This document shows positions 53,481-64,000 of a stretch of DNA of 64,000 nucleotides, piece by piece. This DNA comes from Flaccisagitta enflata. Taxonomy: Eukaryota. The notes below the pieces were generated by a model that ran no database searches, was not told the DNA's origin, and saw only the letters and a program-made list of their open reading frames with translations. The stretch is from contig OZ231126.1 in NCBI GenBank assembly GCA_965153355.1, positions 10,602,001 to 10,666,000 of the forward strand, given 5' to 3'. The translations under genes were made by a program, and so were the position numbers. Every line of letters begins with the position of its first letter. Position 1 is the stretch's first letter.

Positions 53481-55387
53481 GTATGTTCTTTGAATTCATC
53501 AACAAGTAGAGCAACAGAAACACACAGCAACGTCATTATGCTAATGAGATTCTCATATCATTTTGATTCCACTGTTGGAGAAATGGAACTAAATCTAATT
53601 TGCATATTGCTGCATGTGTTTCAACCTGCTATGGTTGTCTTTTTTTCTTAGTAGGGGTTATTTGGTCATGTCATATGGTCATTGAAAGTAAGCAGGAAAA
53701 AAGTTTTCTCACTGCAGTAATTATCATTTTCATCAGTGACCTCAGGCAAAATCCTTATTCATCACAATGGTAAACATGAAGCTTGTTTGATAAGTCAGAT
53801 CATATTCAATCAAGGACACGCAATAGCGAAAGAATTCATCACCATGCTGTTTCAGTCTGTCTCACTCTGACTACCTATATGTCTAACCATCCAGTCATTG
53901 ATCAGTCCCTCTTCATTATTTCTAAGATTTTCTACTCTTGTTATTTTTTCGATTTAGTGCTATAGGTCACTGTAAGGCGCGCAAGTGTGAAATACTGTTG
54001 TACTGTAGTTTTGTAATACAGCCCCTGTCTTACTGATTTGGGCTTGATCATTTTCACAGGAGCATTCACTATTTTTTTTGCCATGGTATAATATAAATAA
54101 TCATCACATTTGAAGTGTAAGCCTTGATTACTCATACTTTGATAGCCATATTTTAATAGTATTTTTAATGAGGTTTTTATCCTTTGACAATATACTTAAC
54201 CAGCAGGTTGAAACAAGCGTAGATCAAGCTAATGAAAATCATAAAATTGAAATGAACCCTTTAACCAAAAAAAAAAAAAGATGCAGTTCGGGTCAAGTGT
54301 TCGTTCCACACAGCACAGAGCCCAAACTCACATTTTGATTACTTTTTTTTGTTTTACATCACTGAAGATTCAAAAAGAAAATTTCAGCAATATGTGAATA
54401 AGGATTGATACAAGCTGCCGTAAATGTCTGATTCAAACTTTGAGAGTAAGTAAAAAAAAATCATTTGCATACTGCAGTCATGTCAATTTTTAAAGGCTTG
54501 GCATCTAGCATCATAAATGAGAGATATTCTTATATGCTTAAACAATTTTTGCAATACAAACTTTCAGCCGTTTGATAATTGAGACATTTGCTCTTGTGCT
54601 ACTTCTTTGTTACCTTCAACATTACCTTTGTCGTACAAGACATAAATGAAATCAATTTCAGAGAACAAGTCAATTTCTGGGCAATGAGAATGTTTTTATG
54701 GCTCATGTAGTTCATCACAGAATTTTTTTTGAATGATTTTGTCACTTCAAATTTAAAAGTATCAGATTCATTGATGAAATATTGAAAAATATTTCTGTCA
54801 CTTAATCAAAGCAAATCACAAAAAAGGCTTCACTCATACTCATACTTTTGTTCTTTTGTTTTCATTGCCTAGTTTAGAGGGCAAACTCAAGATGGCATCA
54901 AACTACAGCAAATTTTGCTTTGCCGTTCTACTGCTGCTGTCCCTGCAGTCTTTGACCTCTCACAAGACCTTTCAAGTGCAGAACAGAGGTTTCAAATGCC
55001 TTTTGTTCTTTTTTCAGGAAAAATGAGAAGAGACTGAGAAAAAAGACAAGTGGTGGCCCTCTTTAGTCTGATTTAGACATGAAAAAAAGGAACGACGCCA
55101 TTGTTTATTTTGGTTGTTTTGAAAGAAGTTAAGGCATAAAACAACTCGTTTTTTGTCTTAGATTAAAGAGGAGACAAAGACCTTCTTTTTGGTCTACCAA
55201 ACATGCATGTTGTGCTTCCCTAAATGTGTTTTATTCATGATTTTCTGAATCTTTCATTTCCAACTGTTTATCTGTTTGTTTACACTAGTAAACAGAGACC
55301 ATGAACCATGACTTGTTTAACTTAAGCTCTATGAACCACGATCTACGTCCAGAAAAAAATTGCACGTCTCTAGCTGCTCTGGTTTAG

Positions 55388-55570
55388 ATTTCAATTTTTA
55401 TTCGAACACCCGTTAAGAAGCGAGAGAAGATTGTCGACATTCAGGCTGCGGTGAATGTGGCAGATTCTGACGGAGATCGAAGAGTCGATTTCGCCGAATG
55501 GAGGAAAGAATTGAAGAAAAGAGGATACGAAGAAGAAGAAATCGCGCAAGTTTTTGACAAATATGACAAG
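55388..55570 (+). CDS. PKD2: Exon of a polycystin-2-like (TRPP) C-terminal EF-hand region: EF-hand 1 and start of EF-hand 2
   Basis: tttag|...KKREKIVDIQAAVNVADSDGDRRVDFAEWRKELKKRGYEEEEIAQVFDKYDK|gtgaat. Canonical loop DSDGDRRVDFAE; resembles the invertebrate PC2 EF domain from memory. The acceptor could instead be at 55417. Confidence 0.75.
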
Positions 55571-55838
55571 GTGAATTTTAGAAAAATCAACGCATATAAC
55601 AGCCGACTCCCGTAATTACGGATGCCAATGTACTGACAAGTCAAAGGAGAAAATTCCGGTTATGCCAATATTTTTCAATAAAAGCCTAATTAATAACAAC
55701 TCATAGTAGTAATGTTTTATATTCATGAAATAGAATAGATAAAATGCTTTACTTTGGTCTGCCTTTGTGTGTGTGCGTATGTGTGCGTGTGTGCGCATCT
55801 TCTTCTTGTTTTTTATTGCAGGATGGTGACAAAGTGTT

Positions 55839-56163
<325 letters not shown>

Positions 56164-56219
56164 CGTATGTGTGTGTGCGCAGCTTTGTGTGCATCTTCTT
56201 CTTACATTTTCCATTGCAG

Positions 56220-56364
56220 GATGGTGACAAAGTGTTGAGCGCGGAAGAGAGAAGAAATATGTTGGAAGATCTGCAGGACAAAAAAGATGACATTGACAAT
56301 AAACAAAAACAATTAGAGGAGCAACAAACTCACCAAGAAGAACTCCAAAAACAAAACAGTCGAG
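56220..56364 (+). CDS. PKD2: Next exon of the PKD2-like gene: completes EF-hand 2, then a coiled-coil-like helix
   Basis: ttgcag|DGDKVLSAEERRNMLEDLQDKKDDIDNKQKQLEEQQTHQEELQKQNSR G|gtaaat. The phase-0 join rebuilds the loop DKDGDKVLSAEE. Confidence 0.8.
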
Positions 56365-56720
56365 GTAAATGACAATGTCAATTAGCGAAAGCAATAACAA
56401 GTGCCGCAAAAGACTGAACAACAAACGCATAAACATAACGATTGAGATAAATGACAACAATAACATTCAGAGGGGCAACTCAGCAAGAAGAACACTAATA
56501 ACTCGGAACAGTCGAGGTGAATGACAACGACAATAGATTTATAAAAACAACTACAAGAGCAGCAAACTCAGCAAGAACAAATTCAGAAACAAAGGATTTG
56601 TGGTATATCTCAGTGACATGACAATCAGTTAAAAACAATTTGAATAAAGCAACAATCTAAGCGGAAACAGATTCAGAAACAAATGATTCGTTTTATGTGT
56701 CAGTGACACGACAATCACTT

Positions 56721-57359
<639 letters not shown>

Positions 57360-57434
57360 CAATTTGAATAAAGCAACAATCTAAGCAGAAACAAATTGGA
57401 GAAGTAGCAACAAAATCAATAAGAATTCTTCTTT

Positions 57435-57664
57435 AATAAGGCCGGATACACGGGCCAAGACGGTGCGCCGGGTGTTATCAAATCTTAGACCTATCCCTAG
57501 CTCTATCAGACTTATCCCGAGCTATATCAGGTCATCCTAGCATATTTCTGAATCATTTCCAGTGATTTCTGCTTCTTTTCGAGATTTCCAACTCGAGCGT
57601 GACCAACCGACCAACCGACCAACAGACAGAGCTAGTTATAGAGGTGCTACGGCGCACCTAAAAA
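57435..57664 (-). mobile_element. HINE-like element
   Basis: AATAAGGCCGGATACACGG...ACCAACCG repeats...AGGTGCTACGGCGCACCTAAAAA. Confidence 0.65.
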
Positions 57665-57771
57665 GACGAGGTGAATGACTAACCGTCCAACGAACCGACG
57701 GACTAAGCACAAGCTACGCCTTACTGTAGTAGAGTCGTGGACCGCCACTGCAGAAGTCGAAGTGTACCAGG

Positions 57772-58516
57772 CTACGCCGGATCAACAAGGCGCGGGGCCC
57801 TAAGCTAGGCTAGGGGCGCGGGGCCCCCTAACCCCCCCCTCTTTGCCCCCTGTTAACCCCCACTCTTTGCCCCCCACTAACCCCCCTCTTTGCCCCCCCC
57901 CCCCGTTTACCAAATAACTCAAAACCAGTTGCTTAAAATTTTATCTAGCATGCGTAACTTCCTGTCTGCCTAAAAGTGACATATCTAAAGAACTTAAAAA
58001 AATAAAACAACAAAATATGACATTTCCATGACAGTTAAGCATATCACCGTGGAAAAATTCAAAGCAAACATTCCTGGCTTTTTTTGCTGCAAATTTTGCG
58101 ATTATGTCATCAACATTATTTTTTGTAAATTCATGCTTGATAGACAAAAGATTAAGATTGTTCAAACAATCTTGACTGATAGATGTGCGTTATTCATTTT
58201 TTATGGGTTTTATTTTGGAGAAAGATCGTTCACAACTGCAATTGGTTACCATCATGGAAAGGTAGATGCAAAGCGCTATTTCAATGTTTGGGAAAGTGGA
58301 TTGGAGTTCGTTCTGCCTCAAAAACACGTAATACTGACATCTTGACTTTTTTTAGCTTTCTTTCTCTTTCTTTCTTTCTTTTTTTTTCTTTTTTTTCTTT
58401 TTTTTTTTCTTTTTTTCTTTCCCCCATTTTCTTTTTTTCCAGGGTGGGTGCTCAGGCAGGGGCCCCCTGAGTGTGGGGCCCTAAGCTGGCTTTTAGCCTA
58501 TTTTGATCCGGCACTT
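57772..58516 (-). mobile_element. Internally deleted hAT transposon
   Basis: GCCGGATCAA (57776) / TTGATCCGGC (58503) inverted termini, subterminal GGGGCCC motifs, transposase remnant inside. No TSD resolved. Confidence 0.75.
58057..58322 (-). pseudogene. hAT transposase C-terminal dimerisation domain remnant
   Basis: FPNIEIALCIYLSMMVTNCSCERSFSKIKPIKNE*RTSISQDCLNNLNLLSI...DDIIAKFAAKKARNV, with one in-frame stop. Confidence 0.88.
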
Positions 58517-58519
58517 GGC

Positions 58520-61500
58520 GACGAGACCGGAGACCAACCACCCTCAACCAACCCAAAACACCATCACCGTGTTTAGACGCGGACCGGAGACCAACCAGCC
58601 CTCAACCAACCCAAACACCCTCACCGTGGCTAAAAACCACCCCCGACGCAGACCGGAGACCAACCAACCCCTCAACCAACCCAAAACACCATCACCGTGG
58701 CTAAAACCACCCCCGACGCAGACCGGAGACCAAGCAACCCCTCAACCAACCCAAAACACCATCACCGTGGCTAAAACCACCCCGGCATGGACCGGAGACC
58801 AACCAACCCCTCAACCAGCCCAAAACACCATCACCGTGGCTAAAAACCACCCCGTGCAGACCGGAGACCAGCCAACCCCTCAACCAGCCAAAACACCATC
58901 ACGTGGCTACAAACCACCCCGACGACGGAGACCAACCAGCCCTCAACCAGCCCAAAAACACCATCACCGTAGCTAAAAACCACCCCGCGCAGACGGGGAC
59001 CAGCAGCCCCTCAACCAGCCCAAAACACCATCACCGTGGCTAAAAGCCACCCCGACACCAGACCGGAGAGAACCAACCCCTCAACCAACCCAAAACACCA
59101 TCACCGTGGCTAAAAACCACCCCGACGCAGACCGGAGACCAACCAACCCCTCAACCAACCCAACCCAAAACACCATCACCGTGGCTAAAAACCCCCGACG
59201 CAGAAGGAGACCTTAACCCCTCAACCAACCCAAAACACATCACCGTGGCAAAGGGTCGACGCAGACCGGAGACCAACCAACCCCTCAACCAACCCAAAAC
59301 ACCATCACCGTGGCTAAAAACCACCCCCGACGCAGACCGGAGACCAACCAACCCCTCAACCAACCTAAAACACCATCACCGTGGCTAAAAACCACCCGAC
59401 GCAGACCGGAGACCAACCAACCCCTCAACCAGCCCAAAGCTTCACCGTGGCTAAAAACCCCCCGACGCAGACCGGAGACCAACCAACCCCTCAACCAACC
59501 CAAAACACCATCACCGTGGCTAAAAACCACCCCCGACGCAGACCGGAGACCAACCAACCCCTCAACCAACCCAAAACACCATCACCGTGGCTAAAAACCA
59601 CCCCCGACGCAGACCGGAGACCAACCAACCCCTCAACCAAAAACACCATCACCGTGGCTAAAAACCACCCCGCGCGCAGACCGGAGACCAACAACCCTCA
59701 ACCAACCCAAAACACCATCACCGTGCTAAAAACCACCCGGCGCGGACCGGAGACCAGCCAACCCCTCAACCAGCCCAAACACCATCACCGTGGCTAAAAA
59801 CCGCCCGGCGCGGACGGGGACCAGCCCCTCAACCAACCCAAACGCCACCATCACCGTGGCTAAAACCACCGACGCAGACCGGAGACCAGCCAACCCCTCA
59901 ACCGAACTAAAACACCATCACCGTGGCTAAAAACCACCCCCGACGCAGACCGGAGACCAACCAACCCCTCAACCAACCCAAAACACCATCACCGTGGCTA
60001 AAAACCACCCCCGACGCAGACCGGAGACCAACCAACCCCTCAACCAACCCAAAACACCATCACCGTGGCTAAAAACCACCCCCGACGCAGACCGGAGACC
60101 AACCAACCCCTCAACCAACCCAAAACACCATCACCGTGGCTAAAAACCACCCCCGACGCAGACCGGAGACCAACCAACCCCTCAACCAACCCAAAACACC
60201 ATCACCGTGGCTAAAAACCACCCCCGACGCAGACCGGAGACCAACCAACCCCTCAACCAGCCCAAAAACACCATCACCGTGGCTAAAACCACCCAGCGCC
60301 AGACGGGACAACCAACCCCTCAACCAACCCAAAACACCATCACCGTGGCTAAAGCCACCCGGCGCAGACAGGGACGCCAGCCCTCAACGCCCAAACACCA
60401 TCCAAAACCCAGCCAGCAACGCCCCTCAACCCAAAACACCATCACCGTGGCTAAAACCACCCCCGACGCAGACCGGAGACCAACCAACCCCTCAACCAAC
60501 CCAAAACACCATCACCGTGGCTAAAAACCACCCCCGACGCAGACCGGAGACCAACCAACCCCTCAACCAACCCAAAACACCATCACCGTGGCTAAAAACC
60601 ACCCCGGACCGGAGACCAGAGCCTCAACCCCAAAAACATCACGTGGCCCTCAGACCAGCCCTCAAAACCAAAACACCATCACCGTGGCTAAACCACCCCC
60701 GGCGCAGACCGGAGACCAGCCAACCCCTCAACCAACCCAAAACACCATCACCGTGGCTAAAAACCACCCCCGACGCAGACCGGAGACCAACCAACCCCTC
60801 AACCAACCCAAAACACCATCACCGTGGCTAAAAACCACCCCCGACGCAGACCGGAGACCAACCAACCCCTCAACCAACCCAAAACACCATCACCGTGGCT
60901 AAAAACCACCCCCGACGCAGACCGGAGACCAACCAACCCCTCAACCAACCCAAAACACCATCACCGTGGCTAAAAACCACCCCCGACGCAGACCGGAGAC
61001 CAACCAACCCCTCAACCAACCCAAAACACCATCACCGTGGCTAAAAACCACCCCCGACGCAGACCGGAGACCAACCAACCCCTCAACCAACCCAAAACAC
61101 CATCACCGTGGCTAAAAACCACCCCCGACGCAGACCGGAGACCAACCAACCCCTCAACCAACCCAAAACACCATCACCGTGGCTAAAAGCCACCTGACGC
61201 AGACCGGAGACCAACCAACCCCTCAACCAACCCAAACACCATCACGTGGCTAAAACCACCCCGCGCAGACGGAGACCAGCCAACCCCTCAACCAGCCTAA
61301 AACACCATCACCGTGGCTAAAAACCACCCCCGACGCAGACCGGAGACCAACCAACCCCTCAACCAACCCAAAACACCATCACCGTGGCTAAAAACCACCC
61401 CCGACGCAGACCGGAGACCAACCAACCCCTCAACCAACCCAAAACACCATCACCGTGGCTAAAAACCACCCCCGACGCAGACCGGAGACCAACCAACCCC

Positions 61501-63552
61501 TCAACCAACCCAAAACACCATCACCGTGGCTAAAAACCACCCCCGACGCAGACCGGAGACCAACCAACCCCTCAACCAACCCAAAACACCATCACCGTGG
61601 CTAAAAACCACCCCCGACGCAGACCGGAGACCAACCAACCCCTCAACCAACCCAAAACACCATCACCGTGGCTAAAAACCACCCCCGCGCAGACCGGAGA
61701 CCAACCAACCCTCAACCAGCCCAAACACCATCACCGTGGCTAAAACCAACGGACGGGACAACCCCTCAACCAACCCAAACACCATCACCGTGGCTAAAAA
61801 CCACCGACGCAGACCAGGACCAGCAACCCCTCAACCAGCCCCAAAACACCATCACCGTGGCTAAAAACCACCCCGACGCAGACCGGAGACCAACCACCCC
61901 TCAACCAGCCAAAACACCATCACCGTGGCTAAAAACCACCCCCGACGCAGACCGGAGACCAACCAACCCCTCAACCAACCCAAAACACCATCACCGTGGC
62001 TAAAAACCACCCCCGACGCAGACCGGAGACCAACCAACCCCTCAACCAACCCAAAACACCATCACCGTGGCTAAAAACCACCCCCGACGCAGACCGGAGA
62101 CCAGCCAACCCCTCAGCCACCCAAAACACCATCACCGTGGCTAAAAACCACGGCGGCGCAGACCAGGAGACCAGCCAACCCCTCAACCAACCCAAAACAC
62201 CATCACCGTGGAAAGCCACCCCGACGCCAGACCGGAGACCAACCAACCCCTCAACCAGCCCAAAACACCATCACCGTGGCTAAAAACCACCCCCGACGCA
62301 GACCGGAGACCAACCAACCCCTCAACCAACCCAAAACACCATCACCGTGGCTAAAAACCACCCCCGACGCAGACCGGAGACCAACCAACCCCTCAACCAA
62401 CCCAAAACACCATCACCGTGGCTAAAAACCACCCCGGCAGACAGGAGACCAGCCCCAAAACACCCATCAACCACCCCACGACGTGGGGGAACCCTCAACA
62501 GCCCAAAACACCATCAGGCCAAAAACCACCCCGACGCAGACCAGGACCAGCCCCTCAACCAGCAAACACCATCACCGTGGCTAAAACCATACAACCAACC
62601 AACCCCTCAAAACCCAAAACCACCATCACCGTGGCTAAAAACCACCCCAGCGGACCGGAGACCAACCAACCCCTCAACCAACCAAAACACCATCACCGTG
62701 GCTAAAACCACCCCCGACGCAGACCGGAGACCAGCCAAACCAGCCCAAAACACCATCTGGCTATGGCGAGACCAACCAACCCAGCCACACCATCGGTGGC
62801 TAAAACCACCCCCGCGCAGACCGGAGACCAGCCAACCCCTCAACCAACCCAAAACACCATCACCGTGGCTAAAACCACCCCGACGCAGACCAGGAGACCA
62901 ACCAACCCCTCAACCAACCCAAAACACCATCTGGCTAAAAACCACCCCGGCAGACCGGAGACCAATAACCCCTCAACCAGCCCAAACACCATCACCGTGG
63001 CTAAAAACCACCCGGCGCTTCAGACCAGCAACCCCTCCCCGGCCCCCAGACCAACCAACCCCTCAACCAACCCAAAACACCATCACCGTGGCTAAAAACC
63101 ACCCCCGACGCAGACCGGAGACCAACCAACCCCTCAACCAACCCAAAACACCATCACCGTGGCTAAAAACCACCCCCGACGCAGACCGGAGACCAACCAA
63201 CCCCTCAACCAACCCAAAACACCATCACCGTGGCTAAAAACCACGACCGACCAACCCCTCAACCAACCCAAAACACCATCACCGTGGCTAAAAACCACCC
63301 CCGACGCAGACCGGAGACCAACCAACCCCTCAACCAACCCAAAACACCATCACCGTGGCTAAAAACCACCCCCGACGCAGACCGGAGACCAACCAACCCC
63401 TCAACCAACCCAAAACACCATCACCGTGGCTAAAAACCACCCCCGACGCAGACCGGAGACCAACCAACCCCTCAACCAACCCAAAACACCATCACCGTGG
63501 CTAAAAACCACCCCCGACGCAGACCGGAGACCAACCAACCCCTCAACCAACC
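58520..63552. repeat. 71-bp satellite, ~70 copies, strongly C/A-biased on the plus strand
   Basis: Unit CCAAAACACCATCACCGTGGCTAAAAACCACCCCCGACGCAGACCGGAGACCAACCAACCCCTCAACCAAC. Confidence 0.98.
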
Positions 63553-63561
63553 TACACCTAG

Positions 63562-63632
63562 ATATCTTACCCAGTTCATTTGGTGACCGATTGCCGGTCA
63601 ACATCCCTCCCACCTCCATGTTTGACTTCTGA
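63562..63632 (+). CDS. Candidate terminal exon of the EF-hand gene
   Basis: cctag|AT ATC TTA... is phase 1, compatible with the donor at 56364; encodes DILPSSFGDRLPVNIPPTSMFDF*, and the stop overlaps AATAAA. No homology support. Confidence 0.35.
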
Positions 63633-63989
63633 ATAAATTGTTTTACCTGATCACAATCCTGTTATGACATGATCGATATTTTTGAGTCGCAACAATCAGA
63701 GATTAAATCGTCATTTGCTGTCTCAAGTTGTCTCCTTCATTAGGCAGTCTCAATTCTTTATTGTGAGGTAACTACAATCACTCTAGTTGAATTTTTGTTC
63801 TTTTTATCATTGTGTTAATATCTGATAGCAGTATGCAAATGGTTTTAAATTTTTTTGCGACTGTATTTTTAAAAAATTCTTGCAAATGATTGAATGTTTC
63901 TGTCTCTCATCAATGCAATATCAAGATTCTTGGTTCGTTTTTATTTTCAAGCATTATGTATGAGAATAATAGAAAAACAAAGAATAATA

Positions 63990-64000
63990 CCAGTAATGGC
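63990..64000 (-). mobile_element. Possible 3' terminus of another element C Helitron copy at the window edge
   Basis: ATA|CCAGTAATGGC is identical to the C terminus, in a non-satellite flank; only 11 bp visible. Confidence 0.45.

Noticed and set aside
49130-54475. snRNA gene cluster suggested by the octamers
   Set aside because: No recognisable U-snRNA body or Sm site, and the units are too diverged; an Rfam scan would settle it.
54892-55040. ATG-initiated segment as first exon of the EF-hand gene
   Set aside because: The nearest plausible donor is phase 2 against a phase-0 acceptor, and the peptide is unrecognisable.
57730-57803. Alternative phase-1 last exon (VESWTATAEVEVYQATPDQQGAGP*)
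   Set aside because: Runs into the hAT terminus, has a weak acceptor and no other support.
58503-63619. Pro/Thr-rich mucin-like ORFs
   Set aside because: The 71-bp unit is not a multiple of 3 and hits a stop every third copy; indels do not preserve frame.

Overview
Repeat-dominated eukaryotic (probably invertebrate) window with one 10-N gap at 45666-45675. Bases 1-45665 are an array of roughly 65 copies of a ~380-395 bp satellite monomer, each carrying two (GGATACT)n tracts. Three small transposons inserted into it and were then co-amplified in a ~5.2-5.6 kb higher-order unit: a 690-bp element with a 7-bp TSD, a ~600-bp TA-TSD foldback MITE, and an ~835-bp Helitron with subterminal inverted repeats. 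One Helitron copy holds a nested Helentron/DINE-like element. An internally deleted BEL/Pao LTR retrotransposon (33277-41832) interrupts the array. After the gap come many Helentron-associated (HINE/DINE-like) short elements, microsatellites, a degenerate ~400-470 bp tandem array with conserved ATTTGCAT octamers, two exons encoding a polycystin-2-like double EF-hand (plus a candidate last exon), an hAT remnant and a 5-kb 71-bp satellite. Most ORFs in the supplied track are repeat artefacts. Family assignments come from motif recognition, not database searches.
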